From Longimicrobiales bacterium (GTDB lineage: Bacteria > Gemmatimonadota > Gemmatimonadetes > Longimicrobiales > Gaopeijiaceae): a DNA stretch of 64,000 bases. The stretch covers positions 2,400,001 to 2,464,000 of the forward strand of contig OZ220732.1 of assembly GCA_965116905.1 (NCBI GenBank), in the 5' to 3' direction. A model generated the notes under the pieces. That model was given only the letters and a program-made list of their open reading frames with translations. It made no database searches and was not told the origin of the DNA. The stretch's first letter is position 1. Every line of letters begins with the position of its first letter. Positions 34,043 through 42,559 of the stretch are shown here, one piece after another. The position numbers and the translations under genes are program-made.

Positions 34043-34928
34043 TCCGCCTGTCCTCACCAGTCTGAAGGAGGCACTCGCCCGGTTCGCGTTTCCCGATGGC
34101 AATGTTCAGTCCAGTCGGCATATCCGCCCCCTGCACTGGTACGTGGCGTGTCGGCTCGTGATCGAGGGAGGGTTCCATCCAGATCGGATTCGCCCCCGCC
34201 CGCCGATCACCGTGAGACGTAGGCGAGACGGGGTCTTTCTTCACCATGACCCCAGTGCGGCAAAGCCTGGCGAGCGGACCATACTCGGTGGACTGAAGAC
34301 CAAGCGGCTGGATGTCACGGTCACGGTTCCGACGATTGGGCCTGTACTCGCCGTGTCCCTGAAGGGCACCCACAATGCGTTCCGCAACCTCACGAACAGG
34401 ATGGAGGAGGCAGCCGGAGACTGTACCAATCTACACATGGCGTATCCGGCGCTGGTCTACGCCTTCTGGCATGTGCTTCGGGCAAACGAGGCCGACGATC
34501 CGGCTCCGATCGCTCATTTCCGGCTCACCGATGGTCGCTACGACGCGCACGATCTGGCGTTTCTGAGCGGTGGCGAACTGACAGAACCGATCCAGCGGTA
34601 TCAACACGCCTTGGAGCGGTTATCGGACCGAGACGACCTTCGGGATCACCCGTCGCGGTACGAGGCTTGTGGGTTGACTCTGGTGAAATCCAGGGGTGGG
34701 CCGGCAGAGTGCGGGGTGAATCCCGACCATCCTGCCGCCGGATCGGTCCTCAATTACAATCGGATGTTTCAGAGGCTGTACGCCATCTACGACCGCCGCT
34801 TCGTCTACAACGCCCCGGCCCTGAGATCACGGACCGAGCGCGAGGTCTGGGACAGGGAGTCGCCGCTGTTGACGGACACGATCTTCCGGGATGAAGCGTT
34901 TGCGGAGATGGAGCCGCGGGCGGGGTAG
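34032..34928 (+). CDS. Putative type II restriction endonuclease (PD-(D/E)XK-like)
   Basis: Overlaps MTase stop; KRLDV...AVSLK...FRNLTNRMEEAAGD, reminiscent of the XhoI/PaeR7I NNRxEEAxG motif. Confidence 0.65.
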   Translation: MPPDPPVLTSLKEALARFAFPDGNVQSSRHIRPLHWYVACRLVIEGGFHPDRIRPRPPITVRRRRDGVFLHHDPSAAKPGERTILGGLKTKRLDVTVTVPTIGPVLAVSLKGTHNAFRNLTNRMEEAAGDCTNLHMAYPALVYAFWHVLRANEADDPAPIAHFRLTDGRYDAHDLAFLSGGELTEPIQRYQHALERLSDRDDLRDHPSRYEACGLTLVKSRGGPAECGVNPDHPAAGSVLNYNRMFQRLYAIYDRRFVYNAPALRSRTEREVWDRESPLLTDTIFRDEAFAEMEPRAG

Positions 34929-34986
34929 AAGGCACCTGCCGGCTACCACATTTGTCAGGTGACTGCTGTACTACATCCCCCCCTCC

Positions 34987-37428
34987 TCAACTCACCGGCC
35001 TCCCCCGCGGCCGCAACACGAACAGCCCCTCGCTCCAGCTCGACACCACGACCACGCCGCTCTCGAAGAACGGGTAGTTGCTCCACGCCCCGCCGAACGC
35101 GGGGAGTCCCGCGTCATCCGGCACTGTATCGAAGAATCCGATCTCGATTGGATTCTCCACGTCGCTGATGTCGAGCACCCTGAGTCCACTCATCAGATTC
35201 GCCTGGTAGAGACGGTTCCCACGCACGTACTGGTTGTGGTCGATGGTTCCGGTCTCGGCGAAGTGCTCCTTGAGCAGCAGGGGGTCGTCCAGGTCGGCCA
35301 CGTCCCAAATGAGGGTGCGGGTGCGGTCGACGCCGCCCTGGGACTCGTCCGCCTCGTCGCCCATGAAGAAATGGCGGTGGTCCTCGGTCAGCCAGCCCTG
35401 GTGCGCGTAGGCGACGTTGGGGTACTCGCCGCGGGCGATGGCGACGGGGTTTTCGCGGTCGGTCACGTCGGCGATGCTGAGCGCGGTCTCGTTGGCGCCG
35501 AAGCAGATCTCGCGGCCCTGGTAGTCCTCGTCGGGGCCCCGGTAGATGACGCACTGGGCGTCGTGGGAGTAGCCGGTGCGCTGGCGTCCGGTGGTGGCAT
35601 CGGAGAAGCAGCCCAGGAAGACGGGCTCGGCGGGGGTGCGCACGTCTATCATGTGCAGGCCGCCGCCGCAGGTCTGGCCGCCCATGCTGCTGCCGACCGC
35701 GTACGCCATCCCGGTCTCCTCGTTGATGACAATGTTGTGGGCGCTGGCGATGCCGTCGTAGCGTGCGGTCTCGGTGAAGGTGACGGGCGGGCCCGCAGCG
35801 TCCCTAAGCTGGATGAGGTCGAAGATCTGCACGCCGTGCGCTCCGGCGCCGTCGGCGACGATGAACGCATGGTCCGCGTACACCTTGATGTCGCGCCAGA
35901 GGTTCTCGGTGGCGCCCTCGGTCATCGGCAGTTCGCCGGCGTACCGCGGGTTGGCGGGATCGCTCACGTCGACGAAGGCCGTAGCGTCCGAGCGCCCGAT
36001 CAGCGCCCAGTCCCTGCCGGTCACGGGGTCGGTCCAGCCCCAGATGTCGTTGAGGATCGTGCCCGGATCGGCTCCCAGCGACGCCAGCGGCACGAACGCG
36101 ACCAGGTCGACCTGCGAGCAGTCGAAGGGCCCGGTGGCGCCGTCGGTGCAGGGGGTCTCCTCGCCGGTCACTGCAGTGAGTGTTCGGGTGGATTCACGGA
36201 GCGTTGAGCTCTCGGTCCACCCGCCGTCCCGGCGCTCGAACACGACAGCCGCGCCCAGCCGCATGTCGGCGTTGGAGGCGGCGACGACGGCCACATCGTC
36301 CCGCAGGGCGACGAAGGAGCCGAAGAGAGCGCCGCGAGAGAATCCGGGCGCCGGGATGGTGGACTGGGGAACGAGGGCGATGGTGGCGGTGGGGGCGTCG
36401 GGGGAAGGAGCGTCGATGACCTGGAAGACCTGCGCGCCGCCCGCGCCCTGGCCCACACCGCTCGCGCCGACCCACGCGCTGCGGCCGTCGAAGGCTACCG
36501 CCGAGCCGTAGCCCGCCGGTCCTGACTCGGGGAAGGAGAGGCGCGCGGCCGCGGTCCACTCGTCGTCGCCGTTCCGGGTGAAAAGAACCGCTGCGCCCGC
36601 TCCTTCGTCCGCGCCGGGCGCCCCAATGAGCACGGAGGTGCCCGAGGCGGCGAGGCTTGTGCCGAAGGCGTCGCCGCCGCGGCCTTCGGGGCGCGCCAGG
36701 ATTGCGGTGGGAGAAGGGCCGGTGGCCGGAAAGCCGGCGTTGAAGGCGTAGGCCGCGCCACGATCGCCACGGGTTCCGGGCGCGCCGACGAAGAGGAGGT
36801 CGCCAGTCAGGGAGAGGGACGCGCCAAAGCGGTCGATGGTGGAGAGGACGGGGGAGGCCAGAATCGTGGCGGACCCGCCGGCCGCGTCAAACCGCAGGAC
36901 CGCGCCGGGCCCCACCTCCGATGGCGCCCCGAGGTAGACTGCGTCGCCGGACAGCGCGACGGAGGAACCCGCGCCCCGGATGTCCCGATCGGCTGGAGGC
37001 ACGAACGCGGTCGTCTGCGCCCACGCCCCATCGTTGCCCCGCTCGAAGAAATAGGCTCCGCCGACGCCATCGGCCCGCCCCGGTGATCCTACAAGCAACC
37101 GGTCCCCGTCAACCGCCAACGCGGCCCCGAACTCGTCGCCGATCTCGACATCGTCGTCGGTGATGATGTAGGCGAAATCCCACCCGTCGTCGGCACGTTC
37201 GAAGACATGGATGGTGCCGGGCGAGGGGTAGATCGCACCCGCGAGCCCGCCCCCCGTGCGTCCCACGAAGATCTCGCCGTCGCCGATCGCGATCGCGGCT
37301 CCGAAGCCGGCGGCGGCCCAGACGGATTCGAGGCCGGGGGAGCGGGACTGGGCGCTGAGCGGCGCGGGTAACGCCAGTCCGCACACCAGCACCACGCTTG
37401 CGACGATTCCATTGGCATGGCACTTCAT
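34987..37428 (-). CDS. Choice-of-anchor B family protein with N-terminal FG-GAP repeats
   Basis: FGAALAV/VGAP repeats; NDIWGWTDP, WRDIKVY, AHNIVIN, YSHDAQC, YAHQGW, IDHN, GAWSNYPFFESG. Confidence 0.88.
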   Translation of the reverse strand: MKCHANGIVASVVLVCGLALPAPLSAQSRSPGLESVWAAAGFGAAIAIGDGEIFVGRTGGGLAGAIYPSPGTIHVFERADDGWDFAYIITDDDVEIGDEFGAALAVDGDRLLVGSPGRADGVGGAYFFERGNDGAWAQTTAFVPPADRDIRGAGSSVALSGDAVYLGAPSEVGPGAVLRFDAAGGSATILASPVLSTIDRFGASLSLTGDLLFVGAPGTRGDRGAAYAFNAGFPATGPSPTAILARPEGRGGDAFGTSLAASGTSVLIGAPGADEGAGAAVLFTRNGDDEWTAAARLSFPESGPAGYGSAVAFDGRSAWVGASGVGQGAGGAQVFQVIDAPSPDAPTATIALVPQSTIPAPGFSRGALFGSFVALRDDVAVVAASNADMRLGAAVVFERRDGGWTESSTLRESTRTLTAVTGEETPCTDGATGPFDCSQVDLVAFVPLASLGADPGTILNDIWGWTDPVTGRDWALIGRSDATAFVDVSDPANPRYAGELPMTEGATENLWRDIKVYADHAFIVADGAGAHGVQIFDLIQLRDAAGPPVTFTETARYDGIASAHNIVINEETGMAYAVGSSMGGQTCGGGLHMIDVRTPAEPVFLGCFSDATTGRQRTGYSHDAQCVIYRGPDEDYQGREICFGANETALSIADVTDRENPVAIARGEYPNVAYAHQGWLTEDHRHFFMGDEADESQGGVDRTRTLIWDVADLDDPLLLKEHFAETGTIDHNQYVRGNRLYQANLMSGLRVLDISDVENPIEIGFFDTVPDDAGLPAFGGAWSNYPFFESGVVVVSSWSEGLFVLRPRGRPVS

Positions 37429-37515
37429 GGCTGTCCTCCTCCTTCGATGTCGGGTCTGTCGTCGCCAAGATCCGTCACCCGAAGGTGCCACGCAATGCGT
37501 AAGAGGGCCTTGAAT

Positions 37516-38328
37516 CTATGAGGGACGCGCAGAGGCCATCGGCCTCCCCCAGACAACCGACCCCGCGACCTCTCCCTGCAACCGTCCCTCTTCCATCCCC
37601 ACCGTCCCCTCCTTGACCTGCTCAGCAATCCTTGTCCTCAAGGCGTCGTCGAATGCAGCAGCCTGTTGACGGGACATTCGATCCCTGGAAAGACCGTTCT
37701 GCGAGTGTCGTCGCTCGATGTACTCCTCGACTGTCGGTCTCCACGGGACCGGATCCGTCTCCTGCTGGCCGAGGCGCTCGAACAAGCCTGCGTTTTCCAG
37801 CGCCGTCACCGGGTCCCAGCGCACATAGTCCCGGTTCAGCGAGTAGCGGGGGATAATGTCGTCCTCTCGCATTCCCACCTGCGCGCTGCGATCGACCACG
37901 GCGAGGACGCCGTTCTCGGTGAGCAGTTCGGCGAACCTGGGAATGACGACATCCAGGTCGAACCAGTGCAGACTTGCTGCCGCTGTGATCAGCGAATAGG
38001 GGCCGACGAGGTCGGCTTCCTCGATCGGCGCGCAAACCCAGCGAATACTTGGGTCGTCGCCCCCAGGCAGTGCACGGGCCGTGTCGATCATGCCCTCGGA
38101 GAAGTCGACCGCGTCCACCCGTTCACAATCCGGCGCGAGCCCGCGGGCGATGTCCCCGAGGCCGGTGCCGGCGTCCAACAGCGACCTCGGATGGTCCACG
38201 ATCAGTTGCCTGAGGAGATCAAACGTGCCGGGCGGATGCGGTGGTCGGTGGCGATAGGCGGCCACCACGCTCGGATCCTTGAACGTTTCGGCAAACTCGA
38301 CACTTCGGCAGGCGGGCCGGGTCAGCAT
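37516..38328 (-). CDS. Class I SAM-dependent methyltransferase
   Basis: YRHRPPHP, LLDAGTGLG, VDFSEGM, SLHWFD; start inferred at 38328. Confidence 0.82.
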   Translation of the reverse strand: MLTRPACRSVEFAETFKDPSVVAAYRHRPPHPPGTFDLLRQLIVDHPRSLLDAGTGLGDIARGLAPDCERVDAVDFSEGMIDTARALPGGDDPSIRWVCAPIEEADLVGPYSLITAAASLHWFDLDVVIPRFAELLTENGVLAVVDRSAQVGMREDDIIPRYSLNRDYVRWDPVTALENAGLFERLGQQETDPVPWRPTVEEYIERRHSQNGLSRDRMSRQQAAAFDDALRTRIAEQVKEGTVGMEEGRLQGEVAGSVVWGRPMASARPS

Positions 38329-38475
38329 GTCGCCGTTTCCTTCGTGACACCGTCGCCGGACAACTTGCCGCCGGGCTTGTTGAACAACATCCTCAATCCC
38401 CGCCAGCGGTCTCGCTGGCTGACCAGGCAGGCGCCCGCTCCCGTTGGCGAGGCGGGCTGATCGAAGGAAGGTATC

Positions 38476-39429
38476 ATGACGGTCCCGCGTGATACGACAC
38501 GCCGCGACTTCCTCGCGCGTATGGCGGGCCTTGGCGCGGTCTTGGCCACCCCGCGGGCTGCGCAGGGACTCACGGCCGTCGGACGAACGGCACCCACCCA
38601 GACCGCGCTCCCCACCCGCCCCATCCCCGGCACCTCCGAAGCGCTCCCCATCGTAGGCTTCGGCTCCTCCAAGCCCGTGCTCGAGATCCCCACTGAGGGC
38701 ACCGACCCCGTCGCCGCGGTAATCCGGATGCTCCTGGAGCACGGCGGCCGGGTCGTCGACACTTCCCCGCGTACGCCCGAGATCGACGAGGAGTTCGGCC
38801 AGGTTCTGACCGCCCCGGAGTTCAGCGACCGCCTTTTCGTGGCGACCAAGATCAACACGAACGGCGAATCGGCGGGCATCGCGCAGATGCGGCAGAACCA
38901 GCGGCTCGTCGGACGCCCCACGCTGGATCTGCTCCAGGTCGAGAGCATGCGCGATCTGGATGTGCACTGGCCCAACGTGCTCCGGTGGAAGGACTCGGGG
39001 GAAGCGCGCTACATCGGCGTCACGGTGTCGAGCAACGGCCAGCACGACGCCTTCGAGGCGGTCATGCGAGCAGAGCCCCTCGACTTCGTGCAGATCAACT
39101 ACTCGGTCATGGAGCCGGGGGCGGAGGATCGGTTGCTGCCGCTCGCGCAGGACCTCGGGATGGCCGTCCTGATCAACCGTCCGTTCATGAACGGCAGCTA
39201 CTTCGGGCGCGTGAGCGGGCGTGCGCTGCCGGCGTGGGCGGCCGAGTTCGACTGCGCGACGTGGGCGCAGTACTCGCTCAAGTACATCCTCGCGCATCCC
39301 GCCGTGACGTGCGTGCTCACCGAGACGACCAATCCCGAGCACATGGCGGACAACGTCGGGGCGGGGTTCGGTCGCTTCCCGGACGACGCGACGAAGCGGC
39401 GCATGCGGGAGCTGGTTCGGGACTTCTGA
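38476..39429 (+). CDS. Aldo/keto reductase family protein with twin-arginine signal; catalytic tetrad altered
   Basis: TRRDFL; VDTSP, FVATK, RYIGVT, DFVQINYS, LKYILAHP. Confidence 0.85.
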   Translation: MTVPRDTTRRDFLARMAGLGAVLATPRAAQGLTAVGRTAPTQTALPTRPIPGTSEALPIVGFGSSKPVLEIPTEGTDPVAAVIRMLLEHGGRVVDTSPRTPEIDEEFGQVLTAPEFSDRLFVATKINTNGESAGIAQMRQNQRLVGRPTLDLLQVESMRDLDVHWPNVLRWKDSGEARYIGVTVSSNGQHDAFEAVMRAEPLDFVQINYSVMEPGAEDRLLPLAQDLGMAVLINRPFMNGSYFGRVSGRALPAWAAEFDCATWAQYSLKYILAHPAVTCVLTETTNPEHMADNVGAGFGRFPDDATKRRMRELVRDF

Positions 39430-39434
39430 GGAGG

Positions 39435-39469
39435 TTGAATGACCCGTCATGAGTGTGTATAATACACAC
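39435..39469 (+). promoter_or_regulatory. Sigma70-like promoter with overlapping palindromic operator
   Basis: TTGAAT (39435-40), 17-bp spacer, TATAAT (39458-63); inverted repeat GTGTGTA-TAA-TACACAC (39453-69). Confidence 0.8.
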
Positions 39470-39470
39470 C

Positions 39471-39983
39471 ATGTCATCGATGCGCTTTCCAATCGTGATC
39501 CACAAGGACGCCGACAGTGGGTATGGAGTCACCGTACCGGATCTACCTGGTTGTTTTTCGGCCGGTGATACGCTTGACGAGGCGATCGAGTCCGCCCGCG
39601 AGGCGATCGCATGCCATATCGAAGGGTTGCTGATGGACGGTGAGCCGATTCCGGCGAGGGCCTCGCTTGAGGCCCATCAGGTCAATGACGACTTTCGCGA
39701 AGGCGTCTGGGCGATTGTCGCGGTGGATATGTCGAAGCTCTCCAGCAAGACCACGCGGATCAACATCACGCTGCCGGAGCGGGTGCTGGCCATTGTGGAT
39801 CAAGCTGCAGTGCGCGAAGGACAGTCGCGCTCGGGACTGCTGGCCCAGGCGGCGCTGAGCTACATCCGGCGCCGGGCGGAGAGCGATCTTCCCGTACTCC
39901 TGACTGATAAGCCCGCATCAAGGTCTTCGTATCAGGCTGGCTCCCCGCGTCCGGGTCGTCGCCGGTTCACGGGCGGGGAATAG
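39471..39983 (+). CDS. hicB: HicB-family antitoxin (orphan) with RHH domain
   Basis: FPIVIHKD..SGYGVTVPDLPGCFSAGDTLDEA; RINITLP...SRSGLLA. Confidence 0.9.
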   Translation: MSSMRFPIVIHKDADSGYGVTVPDLPGCFSAGDTLDEAIESAREAIACHIEGLLMDGEPIPARASLEAHQVNDDFREGVWAIVAVDMSKLSSKTTRINITLPERVLAIVDQAAVREGQSRSGLLAQAALSYIRRRAESDLPVLLTDKPASRSSYQAGSPRPGRRRFTGGE

Positions 39984-40020
39984 GGCTGCACGCATCACGT
40001 ATTCGAGAAGGAGGACCTCA

Positions 40021-41052
40021 ATGACTCCGCGCCACGCAACCGCTACGCTGCTCGTCCTGGCCGCCGCCTGCACACCCGCCCCCGACCAGGCCGGCTCGGG
40101 CGCCGACCAATCCGCCCAGCCCGCCCAAATCGACAAGGCCAAGCTCCACGGCGTCTGGCAGATCATGACGGTCAGGAACCTCGAGACCGGCGAGGTCGAC
40201 TCGATTGCCAACGACCGCACGATCTGGACCCACTACACCGACTCGCACTGGACCTACGTGTGGATGGATGCCGGCCGCGAAGGCACCACCCCCGCCGAAT
40301 TCGCCGCACTTACGCCCGAGGCCCAGCACGCCGAGAACCGCGCCAAGATGCTCGACGACGAGGGCGAGTGGCGCTTCTGGGGCAGCGGCGGCGAGTGGTG
40401 GCTCGACGGGGACATGATGGGCTACACGAACGTCGTCTCCATCGAACCCTACCAGGTCCAGATGGGTGGCTTGGAGAAGGTTGTGTACGTCAACGACACC
40501 GCATACGCATACCACACGGTGGCCGCCGACGGCGAGGCGGTCCAGGAGTACACGCACCGCCGCCTCGATACGATGGGCGAGTTGGCCGTGACCCGTCAGG
40601 GCGACATCGATCCTGCGGACTTGCGGGGCAATTGGCAGATCACCTCGACGCGCAACCTTGCGACTGGGGAGGTGGATCAGGTTTGGGAGCACCGCACGGC
40701 CTGGTTCCACGTCACGGACACCCACTGGACATACGTTTGGATGAAGAAGGGTCGGCCGGTCGTCACCCCCGGCGAACTCGGGCGCATGGCTCCGGAGGCA
40801 CGCGTCTCGACCCGTTACGCTCAGATCTGGGACGATCGCAACGAGCCGGTCTTCTGGGCGAGCGGGGGCACCTACAGCATCGTCGACTCGATGTTCGTCG
40901 TGGGACCGCGGGTCCTCTCGATCGAGCCGCACTGGATTGGCGTCGAGGGAGAGGAACCGATCACACGGCTCGACCGCGACGCCTACGTCTACCTGTCACC
41001 GCCCCGCGCCGACGGCACCGTCATCGAGACGACGCACCGGCGCATCGACTGA
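40021..41052 (+). CDS. Lipoprotein with two tandem lipocalin-like domains
   Basis: AAAC lipobox; duplicated LxGxWQI..RNLxTGEVD...HWTYVWM...FWxSGG...SIEP...THRR(L/I)D. Confidence 0.7.
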   Translation: MTPRHATATLLVLAAACTPAPDQAGSGADQSAQPAQIDKAKLHGVWQIMTVRNLETGEVDSIANDRTIWTHYTDSHWTYVWMDAGREGTTPAEFAALTPEAQHAENRAKMLDDEGEWRFWGSGGEWWLDGDMMGYTNVVSIEPYQVQMGGLEKVVYVNDTAYAYHTVAADGEAVQEYTHRRLDTMGELAVTRQGDIDPADLRGNWQITSTRNLATGEVDQVWEHRTAWFHVTDTHWTYVWMKKGRPVVTPGELGRMAPEARVSTRYAQIWDDRNEPVFWASGGTYSIVDSMFVVGPRVLSIEPHWIGVEGEEPITRLDRDAYVYLSPPRADGTVIETTHRRID

Positions 41053-41053
41053 G

Positions 41054-41800
41054 TCAGGCCCTGGCCGGCGCCCGGCGGTTGAACTTTCGCCGATAGTACC
41101 GGGTCCAGATGGCGATCGCCGGCAGACCGACGACCGTCGGCAGGATCCATGGCAGGACAGCGAGCGGCCCGGCCAGGTCATAGGCCCACAGGCGCTGAAC
41201 CCCGAACACGGCGAACGCGGTGTGGAAGGCGATGCCGCCGCCCAGCATCGATCCCAGGTGGCTGTAGAACCAGCCCATGCGCTCCGCCTGCGGGTTTCGC
41301 ATCAGCCGCAGCATGTTGCGGCCTGTGAAGAGGCCGATGGGGCTCAGCCCGAGCAGGACCGGCGAGACGTCGGACCACACCGCGACCGCGAACGCGATGA
41401 GGGCGGCGCTGCTGCCGATGGACGCCCACGCGAGCGCCTCGTGGACGGGGGTCCGCAGCGTCTCCGGGTCCCTGCGCGTTGCCAGGACCCGTATCGCCTG
41501 GCGGACCGTCGCGAACGTGACCAACCCCAGGTAGCCCAGAAACAGGGAGATGCCGTACAGGACCGGGTCGTCGGCAAGACCGATCCCCTGAACCTGGTAG
41601 TAGACAATCCGCCCCGCCGCCGCGGTGACCGCCGACAGGGTCACCACGTAGGCGCAGTAGACGAAGACGCGCCCGGCCCGCATGTGCGCCCGGCCGCCCT
41701 TGCGCGCGAACACCGGCACCCAGAACGCCGCCAGGCCGACGAAGCCGGTCGCGACGTGCACCAGGATCAGGATGTCGAAGAGCTGGGGCATGATGGTCAT
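41054..41800 (-). CDS. Integral membrane protein (DUF2306-like)
   Basis: HVATG...KGGRAH..AGRVF, HLGSMLGGGIAFHTAF; coupled to PadR gene. Confidence 0.7.
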   Translation of the reverse strand: MTIMPQLFDILILVHVATGFVGLAAFWVPVFARKGGRAHMRAGRVFVYCAYVVTLSAVTAAAGRIVYYQVQGIGLADDPVLYGISLFLGYLGLVTFATVRQAIRVLATRRDPETLRTPVHEALAWASIGSSAALIAFAVAVWSDVSPVLLGLSPIGLFTGRNMLRLMRNPQAERMGWFYSHLGSMLGGGIAFHTAFAVFGVQRLWAYDLAGPLAVLPWILPTVVGLPAIAIWTRYYRRKFNRRAPARA

Positions 41801-42417
41801 GACGGCGGACCCTCCTTGCGACCGGGCTCGCCGCCCACCGCGGCCTCGCCGAGTGGCGAGGTGGACGCAAGCCTCCGGTCGATCGCCGCCAGGGTCTCGT
41901 CGCACCACGCCACCTTGGACCCGATGGAATGGATGCCCATCCGGAGGGCCGCGAACTGGTGGAATCCCGCGTCGCCGTAGCGCTCGGGCGCGTCTCCGTA
42001 GGTGGCGAGAATGTCCCGCTCGACCCCTCGGAGCTCGGCCAGCCAGCGCGAGAAGTGGTCGCGAAGCTGTGACATGAAGGCCCGGGTCTCGTGGATGTCC
42101 CCGATTGTGTCCATGAAGTACAGCTGGGCCAGGTACGCGAAACGCTCCGTGCCGACCGCCGGGTCGTCGCGCAGCCAGCGCAGCAGCTCGGCGCGGCCCG
42201 CGTCCGTCAGCGTGTAGACCTTGCGGTCGGGTCCCTTCGGGGACGGCTCCCAGCGGCTGTCGAGCATTTGCCGCTGCTCGAGACGCTTGAGGGTCGGGTA
42301 GATCTGGCTGAGCCGGGCGGACCAGAAGTGCTGCACCGTCTCGCCGAACACGTTCTTGAGGTCGTACCCGGTAGCCGGCTCGCGGAGCAGGCCGAGGAGG
42401 ATGTGATCGAGGCTCAT
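41797..42417 (-). CDS. PadR-family transcriptional regulator
   Basis: ILLGLL..PATGYDL, FWSARLSQIYPTLKRL, RKVYTLTDAG. Confidence 0.92.
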   Translation of the reverse strand: MSLDHILLGLLREPATGYDLKNVFGETVQHFWSARLSQIYPTLKRLEQRQMLDSRWEPSPKGPDRKVYTLTDAGRAELLRWLRDDPAVGTERFAYLAQLYFMDTIGDIHETRAFMSQLRDHFSRWLAELRGVERDILATYGDAPERYGDAGFHQFAALRMGIHSIGSKVAWCDETLAAIDRRLASTSPLGEAAVGGEPGRKEGPPS

Positions 42418-42435
42418 CTCGCTATGGCATTTCCG

Positions 42436-42484
42436 TGACTATATCAATGTCTATATAGTAACTATATAAGAGTTGCTATAGCAA
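42436..42484. promoter_or_regulatory. AT-rich promoter/operator region of the PadR gene
   Basis: Four CTATA copies; inverted repeat ACTATAT-N8-ATATAGT (42438-59); palindrome TTGCTATAGCAA (42473-84). Confidence 0.6.
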
Positions 42485-42559
42485 TGCAAGGGACATGGTC
42501 ACTTCACCGGTTCAGCTTGCGAGCCAGGATCGTGAAGGCTGGCGGCGGCGGCGTTGCGC

